This document shows positions 11,839 through 25,368 of a DNA stretch of 64,000 nucleotides, in pieces. Both the position numbers and the translations under genes were made by a program. Numbering within the stretch: the first letter of the stretch is position 1; each line of letters opens with the position of its first letter. Origin of the DNA: Camelus ferus (Eukaryota); NCBI RefSeq assembly GCF_009834535.1, contig NC_045696.1, positions 48,920,001-48,984,000 on the forward strand. The letters run 5' to 3'. The notes beneath the pieces are model-generated. The model ran no database searches. It had not been told where the DNA came from and saw only the letters and a list, made by a program, of their open reading frames with translations.

Positions 11839-12022
11839 CAGCGGTTCTCACATTTCAGTGTGCCTCAGAATCATCCAGAGGACGTGTTAAAATATCAATC
11901 ATTGCACTCACCTCCCAAAGTCTCTGATTTTGTGGTCTGGGGCAGGGCCTGTGAATTTGCATCTCCAACAAGTTTCCCAGGTGACATTAATGCCGGCAGA
12001 CAGAAGCCAGATTTGAAAACTA
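11839..12022 (+). mobile_element. MER5A (hAT-Charlie MITE)
   Basis: cagcggttctca...cagaatca...atttgcatctccaacaagtttcccaggtga; homologous to 20904-21093. Confidence 0.8.
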
Positions 12023-12490
12023 GATGATCTAAGATCTCCCTTCCTCCTCTAATATCCTACAGTAACACTGCTGTGCCATCTGCAAAAATTCACAGAAAAA
12101 CACGTGCAAATGCCAGATAGAGATTTTCAGTATTGCAAAAGGAAAAAAATGTAAAATGAAAAGATAGAGATGTGATCACAGGAATGGTTAAGGGTTGTTT
12201 TATGCCTTCACAATTTGTTTTTTTTTTAAATGTTGGGCAAATTGGGCAGTTGACAAATGTTTGTGGAGCATCTTCTTCATGCAGAACATTGTATGGCAAA
12301 ATAAACCTGCAATTCTCTCCACGTTAAGTGTATACATTCTCTTGTTGGTGTTGCAGCTGTTTTTGAACAGCCTACTGAAATTTAGAGAATCCAGTTCTTC
12401 AAGTATCATTCTTTCAGATGCAAAGAAACCATGAGGTAGGATGATCAGAAATAAGCAACACAGACCACAGTACAGGCATTTTGTACCTTG

Positions 12491-12508
12491 CACACACACA
12501 CACACACA
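12491..12508 (+). repeat. (CA)n microsatellite
   Basis: Read directly. Confidence 0.95.
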
Positions 12509-14169
12509 TTTGCATACAGAATCAATTGAGATTGTGAGAATACTTTTTATTTTATTCTTACTACTTCATCTCATTCAGGCTTCACATTAAGAAATAAACA
12601 GCTCATCATTTAAAGTAAAGTTTAAAGTTCATCATTATTGTTAGTTACTGGCAACCAAAATTTAAAAAAAAAACAAAAAAAAACACATCCTCCCTTCCTA
12701 GACTTCTCAACTGCCACATCATCAAAGAATCTGGATTATACATTTGTCATATAATTGTCAAAACAGGTAAGTTTTTCAACCTCAACCTACCTCTTCTGTG
12801 GATGGTTCATGAATAAGTAAAACTGATCCTTCTAAAAGGACACAGTAAACACACTTCCCAAAACCATTTGAGAGAACTCTACCTCCTCTTCCAACTTCTA
12901 AAGCTTTATAGTCACATTATTTATGAGGATGCTACCACATACTTTCCCTCCCAAATCCTAATCTTCTAGCAGGCTGTGTTTGTATTCAAGAGTAGTGTTT
13001 ACAAGGTTGCTGACTGAGCTGAGGGGCTCATTCTCTGAAAAACCCAACAGACCAAGGTGTTCTGGAATCTTACTAAAGTGAAGTGTTTGAGCTAGGCATT
13101 TGCTGTAATTTTTTTTAAATGCCACCAAATAGAAGTTTTAAGCTACCCAGGGACAAAGACCAACGGATTTTTTCTTAGTCCTTTGCTCTCTACACAAGAC
13201 ATTCAAATAATATTGTCATTGCTTCCAGCCCTCAATTGAAGACAATGAGCTTTACTTCAAACATCTAGGTCCAAGATCCCTAAGTTGATAAGCTTGTTTG
13301 GGCAAAATGGTGCACCCCACAGACAAGCTCCTGTGCATGAAGAGTAGGTGCTTCAAAGAGAAGAGGTCATCTGCCCTCCTTTCTTACCTCCCAGTGACAG
13401 GAGTCATGAGCCTTAGGTGATATCCAGCCACAGTCCTCACCTCATATGAGGTGAGTTCAATCTGACATCCAAACACAACTTCCTAACCTCATTTAAGACT
13501 TTCCAGGGCAGCTCCTCTCTATTCTCTGATAGAAATATGAAGCTGTAAATAAGCAGAATTTCTGGACAATAGGGGTCTTCTCATGAGAGTTTTGCAAGCA
13601 TCACATGTCCTATCCTCTTGCTGAATAACAAGACAGGGGGCATAAAATCTTGGTATGATTTAGCATTTCTTAATCCATTTGTTTCCCATAAAAAAGAAAA
13701 AAGTATTACTTTTTTATGGGTCTTCAGTCTATTAATTTTAATTATGGATTATTCAGTCCCATAAAGGATAATTTGACTGAAGTCTCATTACATAATTGCT
13801 GACAAAGGTATTAAAACATAAATACATAAGTGGCAGAATGTTCTGAATCAAAATAATGGAAATACCTCAATTTAAAAAAAGGAAAAAATAAGGAAACCAA
13901 GCTGAAGCACAAGAACCTATTCATATGTAATACGTAAATGGAAGTAAACAATATTTTTTGAAACAACCATTAGGTGGGTGTGCTACTTGAGTCCTCTGAG
14001 CAACAGATGTCAAGACAGGATTAGACATTCAAGGGCTTTATGAGGATTATATGAGTTCCTATTTCCTGCCTCTACCTAATCTATCCAGCCCCACTCCTGA
14101 TTCTTGTAATGTTCTTTCCAGCTACATTTCAGATGAAAAAGAAGAGTATTGATTTAGCTGCATTAGTAA

Positions 14170-14415
14170 TAACACAACTGGTATTCGCTGAGTTCTTATC
14201 AAGTTCCTGGCATTACTGTGTTAATGTATTTTACATGCACTGTATCATTTAATTTTCACAACAAACCTACATGGTGTGTGCAGGGGTCTACTTTTACTCT
14301 CACTTAACAGATGAGGAAATTTATTTAAGCCATTTACCCAAAGGCACAGCCAGTAAATGACAGGGCTAAGATTTTAGTCTAGATAGTCTGATACTATAGC
14401 CCATTCCCTTAAACA
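14170..14415 (-). mobile_element. MIR
   Basis: tcatttaattttcacaacaaacc...acagatgaggaaa...cccaaaggcacagccagtaaatgacagggct. Confidence 0.8.
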
Positions 14416-14449
14416 GAATTGTATCCCCCAAACAAATGAAAAAAAATCA

Positions 14450-14910
14450 GTAAATCAGTAAACGTGCATTTATTGGACATCTACTGTGTTTGGGGAGCTT
14501 TGGAGGATTCTAAAGAATAGGAACCCCTGGCGTTTATGGCCTTACAGTGTAAAGATGCAGCCAGGAAGACAAATCTTTTATAGATAAATGATATGAGACT
14601 ATATGTAATTAAGTACTAAATTATATGGCTCATTCCGGAAGTGCTGTGGGAGTTTAGAGGAATTATTAATTATGAAATAAGTGTGTAAGTGAGGCAGAGC
14701 AGAATTTCTAAGAAGATGGGATTGGAATTACTCCTTGGATCACACATAGAGTTTAAATAGACAGAGAGTAAAAGGGAAGGACTTACAGCCCAAGAGAATA
14801 ATGGGGACAAAACCTTAGGAGCAGAAATGAGTGACATAGTCCCAGGATCGTGAGGTATTGAAGCCACAAGACAGGTAACATACCTATCCAATTACAGTGG
14901 AGGTTTTGTT
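14450..14910 (-). mobile_element. L2 3' fragment
   Basis: gcatttattggacatctactgtgt and downstream antisense L2 motifs. Confidence 0.6.
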
Positions 14911-15891
14911 TGAGAAAGTTAGGTACTCCATAAAAGTTCAGAGTCAGTGAATCAGTGAATAAGTGGATAAGTAAATGATGATCACATTTCCAAAATTAAA
15001 AAGACAAAAGTAAATTATCTCCTTAAAATCAATTTCCTATCTCTTTTTCTGTGCCATTAAGTTTAAGGATAAAATTTGGTGAAAAGGTTAAAACAGAAAA
15101 CTAAATCTCTGGAGTACACTTTTTATCTTGACTGGATTCACTTCAGAAATACCCCTAAAAATCAGACACCTAGGATCCTAATAGAAAATGCTACTTTAGT
15201 TATCTATTTCTATAAAATTTCTCTGATTTCAGCCACACTGTGATTTTAACTCTAAAAAACTCATTAATAGTATCCCTTATGGAAGCTGAATCTTAAAAAG
15301 GAAAATTCTCACAAGAGATTAGACAACATCAGAATAGTATGGAAAGCTAAGTAACAAAATGAATTATATGTTTTGAATGGAAAAAAGAAAATATGAACAC
15401 CTAAGTATTTTAAACGTCTTGTAAAATATGTTGAGAAACATTTCCCTTTATGTATGTGGGAAGTTAATGGTAACTTGGTAAGTCAATTCAAAATTTCTAA
15501 TGTGAGGCATTCCAGGCTTGAAGGAACTGGGGTCAGAGAAGAGACTCTTTCTTTATCAAGCCATAGATCACGCAGTGACAGCCCGTGTGAACACACAGCC
15601 CATCTTCAGAATCTCAAGGCTGCAGGAAGGTCAGCATGTGGCACTGTGTTCTTCGTTTCCTATCTCCAGTCAAGCTTAGAATGTTTTGTGTGTAACAACG
15701 TGAGGGGAAAAAACCCCAAACCTTTTAAACGACCTCTGGCCTGAGGGGAAAATTCCCTTGGTTTTGTTGAAATAATTACCATTCAATTTATATTAATCAT
15801 TTGGCCAATTCTCTGCCCCCATACATGAAACAGCCAGAAAAAAAAAAATTGATACAGGTAAAAAGAAAACACAGACCTCACCCTTCCTTAC

Positions 15892-16070
15892 CATATGAAT
15901 TCAGTAACTTCATTCACATGGGAATGCAACTAGTAAACTAGCAGCTTGTGTCAAAGGAACTCCATCACCAGCAGAGCTCAGTATTTCCAGGGCTGGGACA
16001 ACAGCTGCGGCTCCGCAGCCCTGCTTTGTCAACAAGGATTCCCATGACAACATAAGACAGTACCTCCCAG
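15892..16070 (-). other. Candidate alternative first exon ending in ATG at a splice donor (5' end uncertain)
   Basis: Minus strand GAATTCATATG|gtaagg; second donor AGG|gtgagg 10 nt downstream; unique sequence with a small GC-rich core (gctgcggctccgcagc). Confidence 0.3.
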
Positions 16071-17699
16071 TTAAAACATAAAAAAAAAAAAAAAAAAAAA
16101 TTAAAGCAATTCAAGGGCTACACAAGTTATGTTTTCTTAACCAGAGAAGCTCCAGTGACTCTTTAGATTGATGCAAAGCCGTATTTAGGGTGATACCTCC
16201 CAAAGTGTGTTAAATGAAACATCAGTTCCATGGGATGTTCACAGCTGTGACAGGAAGAAACAGCCTTGTGATTAAAGGCTGAATGAAACAAATGTCTTCA
16301 CTACTGGGATTCTCTGATTCTTTCATATGATGATGTGCATCATTAATATCAGTGGGGAATAGTATGTGGCATTTTCCCAATTTGATTGACTATAGAACTC
16401 GTTTTTAATGGCGCATAGGGTAAATTTCCAGGAAGTCAATTTAAGCATTTTTTAAAGTAGGGGAAGAAAAACATGAAACCACTAAAGATGAGGCAACTCA
16501 TTTTGAACCTGCTCAAATAATGTGGGTTGTTTTATATACACACATACATACATATATATACACACATATATATGTTTATATGTTTAAACTGAAACTGCAA
16601 AATTCTTCAATGCTAAAGTACATTTGAGTTTGGCAAAAAATACGATTTTTTCTAAAGTACTATATGTTGTTTCGGCTCCCTTTTCAATTACATTAAGCAT
16701 TTTGCAAGTAGAAAAATATTTTTCTAAATGTAGAATTTTATGTGGAAGTTAAAATATTAGAGAATTGAAATGACACATTTTTAAATTAAATTCTTCAGAA
16801 GAAAAATGTATAAATGGAAAAAATATACCATAAAACATGAAAAAATTAGAACTTGAAAAAATTAGACATTTTGCCACCCTTACACTTCCACTAGCATCCC
16901 TAATAAAAGCAATCATTTAAAATATATTAAATTTTTTTGTAATTATTTCCATCAATTTCTAAGGAACAGAAATTAAAACTATGCTTAACTACAACCTGGC
17001 CAAAAATATTTACTATTCTTTGAAAATGTTAATTTCAAAATTTAGAGCATCTTATATTTTCTATAAAATGAGATGAAACTAAATCTATGGATACAAACTA
17101 TTTGAGAACTAATATGCATAGTTTATAATATATTAAAATTTTTTAATTATATCAGAAAATTTTCATGAAAATGTATCCTTTGTAATAACACTTTGAATAT
17201 TTTACAATTATATTCAAGCATAGAGAATGGACCGCAATTTAAGAAATGATAATTTCCAAAATGACTTCAAAGATGAAATGGGGAGCTGACCTACCTGCAA
17301 ATAGCTGAGAGAAGAAGGATGTTACAGGAAAGTGAATGGAAGAGTAAAAGAGGAAGGTGCTATATGAACAGAGCAAGAGACTCAGCTAAGCGAGACATGT
17401 GTGAGTCAGGAAAGAGAGTAACTCAGTTAAATGTTCTGAGGCTTAAGCAGTGGGATGAAACATAAAGGTAGTCTCTGGTTTAGGACAAGAAGTTAGACAA
17501 TGCGTTCCTTCTGTCAACTTCAATCAAATTCAGCAAACACTGTATCCCTGATGTCTTTTTCTAGATCTTCATGAGTATTCAAGGGATAAGTATTTATTTT
17601 GCAAAGCACAGTTATTTAAAAAAAAAAAAAGCATGAAGAATGCTATAGAAACAAAACATTTCTTATTTTTCTTGCATAAATAGCCAAGGGAAAAAAAAA

Positions 17700-18220
17700 G
17701 AACTCAATAAATGTCCAAATGTTTGGACCTTAAAGTCTTTCACAACAGTTGATTTGATTTCAGGATGGGTTGATTCAGCAGTTTGGAGGATGGTTCTTTC
17801 CTCTTCTCAGTTCAGCCACCCACAACTATCCAACAGGATAGCTGGCTCTGTCCTTAGATAGAGCAGCATGGCAACCACAGAGCAGTTTCAGGGAAATATC
17901 CAGACATGACAATGTTCAGAGATAGTTTTTCTTCTGTGGAATTTCTTAGAGATGAGGAAAATTCTTTCCAGATCCTCCGAGAAGAACCGTCCCCACACTT
18001 CACTGGCCAAAGTCGGTTCATGAACCCATTCCTCAAAGAGTCACTAGGACTATCCTTAATCCAATGACTTCACTACCAAAGCTGGAATGGCGATCAGCTT
18101 TTCCAGAGGTACATGGCTGTTTGAGGAAGAGGTAAACATCTAGAAATGATTTTTTTAAGAATTCACTTAGAAAGAAGAAAGAATGAAACTAGGTAGAAAC
18201 CAACAGTATCCTTCACACAT
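17700..18220 (-). mobile_element. Old MaLR LTR (MLT1J/K-like)
   Basis: atatccagacatgacaatgttcag...gaggaaaattctttccaga...cacttcactggccaaag...catgaacccattcct. Confidence 0.65.
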
Positions 18221-20903
18221 GTACATGTTGTCTATACTTTTAAAGACAAAAGATACATAATATTTAGCTTACATAGTAACACTAAAGAAAGCTTAACTTA
18301 AAACAAATACCTAATAAACAGCCCATATTAGCGTAATTTTCCTCTTCTGAGAAAGTCAGTGAACTCCTAAGAGCTCAGTTTCTGGAAACCTCATTTTTTA
18401 AACATTTACTCTGGTATCTTGGTTCTTTCCTGCAAACAGCCTACTGCATAGATCTGTACAATAACTCACTTAAGAATAATGACAATGCTCTCAGGCAGTT
18501 AATCTCATCTGCTTCCAGGGAAAGACAAATTGTGACATAGTGATGTTAGAGGCTCCCAGGGGTCTGCCACAGCCCTCCTCTCCCTGCATGCTCATGAGAA
18601 CCCCTGCAAGTATTGATCTATTCAGTGCCCCATTCTTGGCCTGACAAGTGGTTGTTTACTGTTATTAACAAATCCCTGTTAAGTGGTCATAGGTAATGAA
18701 CGTGTTGGTGGGTAAATTTAGTGCTAGGAGTGCGGTTTAAAAAATAACTGCCTCTATGAGAGGCATGTTTAAAAAGACAGATGAAATTATCTTTCATTTC
18801 CGCACAGCATGAAACTAGAGTGGTCATTAAGATTTGATGGGATCAGAAGTGACACCAAGGCAATGACAAACTACTATGAGGACATGAAGAAAATCTCAGT
18901 CAATCTGCCAAAGAGAAGGAGACGGTTTTCACAGGTATCTGCCTGCTTCAGCCTTTTGTCCCACCCTAGTCTCCCCCCTGGTGGGGAGGGGTCTTTAAAC
19001 TCAATAATTCATAGAAATTTTTCTATGAGAGTTGATGGATATTAATTAGCGAGATGATGTGTTTCTTTGTCTATGTTGTCCATTTTGAGAAATACGAGGA
19101 TCAAGGTGAAACAGAGCTTGACAGATGGAGCACGGGGCATTGCACCTGGATTAAGTAGAAAAAGAGGACAGAAATAAAAACGAGAGGGGATTTCCAGTAC
19201 CTGTGAGAAGTTTGTGCAAACAAGAAATATTTGTTTCTCAATAAAGAATAAAAAAAGCTTTGCACCCTGCTTTGGATCCTAGTCAATCATAAAGAACATT
19301 GGGTTCTTTCTGATGATGGATGAAGTCTGTGAGCCTCTTCAGGGCGTAACAGCAGGAGCACACCTATCCTAGGGAGACTTCACTCAAGGTTCAGATTCCA
19401 GCTGCTTTCAAAGTTCAGTCCTGGCTCCAGGACTGGGAGTAGTATGGGCAGCTGTCTTCCCCTTCACTCTTAGGAAGACATTTGGCCTTTTGCAACTTCC
19501 TCGGTCTAACTAGAGAATAATGTTCCTTCCGACAGCTAAGAGGCAATGAAGCAAACTGCAACTAGGTATCCCCACAGGCAACCCTACAGCTCACCTCGGT
19601 TCCAGAACATCGGCCATGTAACAGCTTTAGTGCTAAGCAAACCACAGCTCTATCCTCTTCATCTTTTTTATGGATCAGGAAAGCAGAAGCTTCCAAAGAC
19701 TCTCTGTTAATAATAACTGATAGGAGGTACTTGAAAGTCCAGCTATAGTGTCATGTTATAGGGGAAGATAGAGATCTAACTGCAACAGATCACTCCAATT
19801 AAAATAATATTTAACTTCAAATTTGTACTCAATCAGAGGTAAACTCTGTTACCTAAGAAACATTGCCTGGCATGCCTTTTGTTCATTCAATAATTAGCAA
19901 ATATATATTAGACACATATTACTATGGCCCAGTAATTGTTACAGGTGTTGGAGATACATTGTTAAACGTAACTGACCTTCTCTGCAGCTAAAAGTAGCCA
20001 AACAAAATCACAGTATTTTTGGAGTTTACATAGAAACACTAAGGAAAGCTATATGTCCTACATGGGAATAATTTTACATCCAAGTAAGTTTCTATCTGAA
20101 TCATTACAAACATGTTTTAGCAAGGAAATCACGTTCAGTGCTTAACAAACTACACAGTGTAAATATAACCAAATAGTCCAGATGACAATACAGGTATTAG
20201 GCAGCCTCGGGAGCGTATAAACAAAACTTGCTGTTAAAGGCCAGTGGGTGACCCATGACTCCCACCATAGCCAGACTCAGGCACTCCCATTTTACAGACA
20301 AGGAAGCAGAGGGGATATACTTGTACAAGACTGTTCAGTGACCACACGTTGAGCCAGATTTTTTTCCAAGTAAGATATGGCCCCTGGAACCCTTTACTCC
20401 TTTCGTCTGATCATCCCCCAATTTCTTCACTTTTGTCCATAATTGTTCTGAGCAAGTATTAGTGTATTTACACAAATCTACATTAATTGTAGACACCAAT
20501 CTACATGTAAAATAAAAGTTGTTAGGATTTTTGAAGTTATTTGCAGCTAAACATTATTTGAAGTAAGTTCAGTTCCCCAGATTAAAATAATGCAAAGTAA
20601 CCCATGCTAAAGAAGACCCTTCCGGACATCTCACGAGCAATCCAGGCAGCTGCTCCTCAGAGATCTAAGTGTTTGTCATTTGTTCCCAGGGCCACTGCCT
20701 AAACCGAGACCCCGGCCTTTTTTTTTTTTTTAAAGACCAAGGACAGTTATTCCTCCCTGTTTCCTTTAACCCCCAATCTCCCCATCCCAGACAGCTATTA
20801 TCTACCATCAACAAGTCCACCCCCTATGACTTGATTGCAGCTTCTTTTAAATTTGAGGATGTTTTCTGCCAAGACGCCTCATTCTTGTTTTTACCTTATA
20901 GGT

Positions 20904-21093
20904 CAGTGGTTCTCATACACTAGCGTGCCTCAGAATCACCCATGAGGACTTGTTAAAATAGACCTCCAGACCCCCACCCCCAGAGTTTCCGATTCTGTAG
21001 GTCTCAGGGTGGGGCTTGGGAATCTGCATTTCTAACAAGCTCCCAGGTGACGCTGGTGCTGTAGGACCAGAGACCAGTCTTTGAGAACCACTG
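20904..21093 (+). mobile_element. MER5A, full length (190 bp)
   Basis: Perfect 12-bp terminal inverted repeats cagtggttctca / tgagaaccactg; flanks ttataggt / ctctagtt resemble a decayed 8-bp hAT TSD. Confidence 0.92.
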
Positions 21094-21101
21094 CTCTAGT
21101 T

Positions 21102-21243
21102 CAGTGATGCTCAATACCAGCCACATATTAGAGCCCTCTGAAGAGAATTTTTAAATGGAGATACCCAATTTCTCCAGATGTTCTGATTCAAATGTCGGAC
21201 TAGGGTAGGGCCCAAGTATCTATTTTGTTAAAAAAAACTTTCC
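21102..21243. mobile_element. Second MER5-type MITE, interrupted by L1
   Basis: cagtgatgctcaa...catattagagccctctgaagag...ttctgattcaa...gggtagggcccaagtatctatttt. Confidence 0.6.
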
Positions 21244-21245
21244 AC

Positions 21246-22082
21246 ATCTATGAAAATAGCTAAAATTTTTAAACTGTGACAGTAAAAAATGCTGACCAGG
21301 ATACAGAGAAACTGGATCTCTCATACTTTGCTAATGGGGTTGTAACTGATAACGGCCATGATGGAAAATGCTTTGATAGTTTCTTTAAAAACTAAACCTG
21401 CAGTTACCATACTATATAGTCAGTGCACTCTCAGGCATTTGTCCCAGAGAAATGAACACATGTTCACACAAAAACCTCTCCATGATAGTTCGTGGCAGTT
21501 TTATTTGTAATAGCCAAAAAAATGGAAACAACCAAAGTGTCCTTCCAAAAGTGAATGGTTAAACAAACAGTGGTATATCTACACCCAGGAATACTACTCA
21601 GCAATGGAAAGGAATGAACAATTGACTCAGGCAACAACTTGGATAGATCTCAAGGGCATTATGACAAGTTTAAAAAAAAAAATCTCAAAAAGTTACATAC
21701 TGTATGATTCCATTTATAGAGCACTTTTGAGATTAAATTACAGAGAAGTGAAACACATTCATGCTGTCGGGGGTTAGGAGTGGTTGGGGGTGAGAGTGAC
21801 TTTAAAGGGGCAGCACAATGGAAGCCTCTGTGGTGATGGGGTAGTTCTCTCCCTTGACGGTGGTGGTGGTTATGGAGTCAACACGTGGTAAATGACATAG
21901 AACTACACACACATATTACATGGATGTCCGATTCTGGGCTTAGGTATTGTACTGTGACTATGTAGAAGTCACCACTGAGGGGAAACGGTGAAGCATACAC
22001 TGCTCTTCCCTATACTCCTTTGCAACTTCCTGTGAATCTATAATTATTTCAAAATAAAAAGTTAAAAAAAAAAAAAAAAAAG
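21246..22082 (+). mobile_element. L1MC-like 3' end (ORF2 end, 3' UTR, polyA)
   Basis: ttatttgtaatagccaaaa...gaatactactcagcaat...ttgcaacttcctgtgaatctataattatttcaaaataaaaagtt(a)n; possible TSD aaaaaactttcc (21232) / aaaaacctttcc (22083). Confidence 0.9.
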
Positions 22083-22309
22083 AAAAACCTTTCCCTGAGC
22101 TTCCAAGATTTGGAAACGCAAACACAGCTAAGCACAATCCTGATGCCCACCCCTGTGCTGCTGTTCCAGCCTCCATCTTTCTTGAAGTGTCTGTACCACT
22201 CTGCCCACACCTGGCTCAATTTTGTGTAGATTACTTCTTTTTTACAATTACCTAAGTTGGCTGACTTTTCACATGCTGCTGTAGGAATTAATTGATATTA
22301 CCTGTCAGG

Positions 22310-22760
22310 AGAGGCAGCTGGGCAACACCTACCAAGACCCTCAAAAATATTTACATCCTTTCACCCAGTATTTCCAGTCCTAGCAAAGTATCCTAAGGAA
22401 ACCACCAGAGATGCAGTCAAAAGACTTACTGCAGTTCTATTCACAAGAGCAAAAAACTGAATGCAAACTAAGTAGCTAAATAAATGTAGATACATCCACA
22501 TGGTAAAATGAAGCATGCTTTTAAAGTAAAACTATTGATAAATATTTGCTAAATCTCATAAAGAATGATACCAGAAACTCTACATAGATTTTGTTCTCAG
22601 TCACATTAAGTTGTATTTGCAAAGAAAACATGCTAAAATGTAAATGGAGATAATTTTTGAGTGATTGGATTATAAGTGATTTTGGATTTTCTTTAAGTTT
22701 TTCCAAATTTTCTAATTTCATATGGTGAGCATGAACTTTTATAATTAAAATAATGTTTTC
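22310..22760 (+). mobile_element. Very old L1ME-like 3' fragment
   Basis: catcctttcacccagtatttccagtcctag...tatcctaaggaaa...gagcatgaacttttataattaaaa. Confidence 0.65.
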
Positions 22761-24699
22761 CAAGGCAGCTATTGCTAACATTCACATCTACAGGCTTTCA
22801 GGATGCTTACAAAAGAAAATCTTGCCCCTAAACATATACAGAAATGCAGTCTACTTCTGTTCACATTTTATCTCAGCCTCTCTTGCAGACCTCTGGATTC
22901 TCCCAGCTAAAACAAGGTCAGACTGTCTTTCCAAATACATGATGATGGTCCTTCATTCTAGCTCCCACCACTTAACTCACCCAACCCCTAGCCTATGCCC
23001 CTACTATTCTGCCGTCTGATATCATGATGACAGTATTGCCTCCTTCCATCCACTCGAGATGTGCAAGTATTAGAGCTATTTAAAGCAAAGGGAAGAGTAA
23101 TTTCTGTTTACATCTAATTAAAAGTCTTCCAGAAACACTGAGAAATAGTCCTATAGCTCTTGCTGCCAATAAAAATTCCTTTCAATGAATATTTTCAATG
23201 TTTATGATTTAGAAATACATTTTTAAGGGCCATGGCATTTTGCTATCAGTTTCTTTTTCTGTAATTAAGTTTCTCTTTGGCAGTTTGAACTATTCTAATG
23301 AAATACTTTAGTAACAAAAAGTGTTTGTGTTTTACTTTTCCTGGATTCAATTTTTATTTTTAAAAAGAGCACAAAATGAAGTATCTTCATCTCCTTAATT
23401 TGATTATATTCTACCCATCAAAATATTTATATAACTCTCACTAAAATATGAATAAGTATTTTTATGGTGCTTGATTTTACAGAACTCCCTGCAATTCTTT
23501 TGAATGTCTTTCCCTATTTTGTAGATTGTAAGTCACCACAGTGCTGTCCATTACATTGCCTCAGTCATCGTAATAATCTAAAGGTCTTCCAGTAACTGCA
23601 TTTCAGAGATATGCTTTCTGTTTGAGTTTCCAGCATCCCAAGCCTGAATCTCTTATTTTAACCCTGTGAAAAATAGATACACCCTAAAAGTGTAACAGAG
23701 TAACAAATACCACTGGAGTCCCAAATTAGAGTTCAACTCTCACATTCACTGGGTTGACTTGGCAGATCAGTAACCTCAGTATTCTCGTGTGCAAATGGAA
23801 AACACTGGACCAGATGATTTCTAAAGGCTCTCTGATGGATTCCATCATGTTTTCTGAATTTGTATAGATACAAGACAACTGGACTGCTCCCACTGTTGCA
23901 ATCCATTTCCTAGCAGCATGGATATTGAACAGGATTTTTTAGGAAGTGAGATCAAGTAAGGGACACGGGCTTCAGCCACAAGACTGATTCCTAACCAGCT
24001 ACTCTAAAACACAAGAAAATGTTGATTTTAAAATATTATAATTTAAATTCAAATTTCCTCAAATCAGGTGCATAGTTTTGGGATAGATTAATACTAGTGT
24101 AAGGAGTCAGAGGGCCAATCTTGAGTTAGTTTTGGGTTGACAGTCATTTGACAAAACTCCAGTTAGACTTCAGAGAATGTCGCAAACACTCCAGGTAAGT
24201 AAACTTACAGTGCACTTCCATCACAAAGGGCCACAGTGACTGGTTAAAGACTTTGCTTTGTTCTTTTACTTGTTGATGATGGAAAACTAACCATGAGAAA
24301 TCTAAGGAGGGCCTGCCAAGAGCCTGCACCTGACAGACTGGTTGATTTAGATTGCAATCCAGAGCATACATTTTATTTATAGTGAGTTAAAACTTTGTTT
24401 GAAAGATTTTAGCATGAAGAAAAGCAAAGCAGAATATAATTACGGGGGTTATGACTTATACAGAGCTTCACTCTAAGTTCATTTTTCCCATTATTAACAT
24501 AATGAATTATTAATGATTAATTAATAATCAGCAGCAAGCATTTATTATCTGCATTGTATATTGCTTTGTGTTAGAGCATATGTCATGGAGAAGACATTAG
24601 ATATTCACTCAGTAACTCACTCTTTCTACAAATATTTATTAAATGTGTAAAATACTAAAAACTGTGCTAAATAAAACATGAATATCAAGTAAATAGCAA

Positions 24700-24945
24700 T
24701 AATAATAACTAATTGCTAGCAGTTATGGAGTGTTATAGCACTTATTGCACTATCATAAACATATACATATATATATAAGCTTGTTAATTTTTCTAGCAAC
24801 CCCATGAGGTTGGTAATATTATCATTCCATTTTACACATAAGAAAACAGAGACAAGAAGTTGCCTTGCCCAGGATCTGGGTCCTAGATCTACTATTTAGC
24901 ACAGAATCTAAGTTCAGAGTCTCAGGATCTTAACTACCATAATGC
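24700..24945 (-). mobile_element. MIR
   Basis: gcaaccccatgaggttggtaatattatcattccattttacacataagaaaacagag...ttgcccagg. Confidence 0.75.
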
Positions 24946-24948
24946 AAG

Positions 24949-25030
24949 TATTAGGGTGAAGCACGAAATTGCAGTTTTTGTTGGTCAAAAGTGGTTTAAT
25001 ATTATCAATTTCATATGAGTCAAGCATATA
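24949..25030. mobile_element. MADE2-like mariner MITE (~80 bp)
   Basis: tattagggtgaagcacgaaattg...caatttcatatgagtcaagcatata; imperfect inverted termini with TA flanks. Confidence 0.75.
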
Positions 25031-25368
25031 GGTTTGCATGCATAAAATAAAAAAATCAGGTATCCTAACAATAAGGCTGTAGGAATTTAGAGGTGATAGA
25101 AATAACCGAAAGGGCTGGTGTTCTCAAAGAAGCCTTCATGAAGAAGGTGGAAATTGATCTCAGTTTTAAAGGACAGGACTTGGATAAAGGAGAAAACAGG
25201 AAGTGTTTTCTAGGTGAGAAGGCAGGGAGGTAAGAATGTACGCATGTCTTCTGTAAGCATAGACCTTTATTAGGTTCCTGCTATAGGGTCTTATACATAT
25301 CTCCTGCCTAATTTTGGGATTCCAGTGACTTCTTGTACCACTACTAACTGATTTTCCCTGAACAGGAG

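Noticed and set aside
12357..12435. Plus-strand exon (ttgcag|C ... GAG|gtagga)
   Set aside because: Splice signals are mediocre and at the level expected by chance in 64 kb
16600..17240. Very AT-rich block as a distinct element
   Set aside because: No termini, TSD or family motif could be identified; may be an unrecognised ancient DNA transposon
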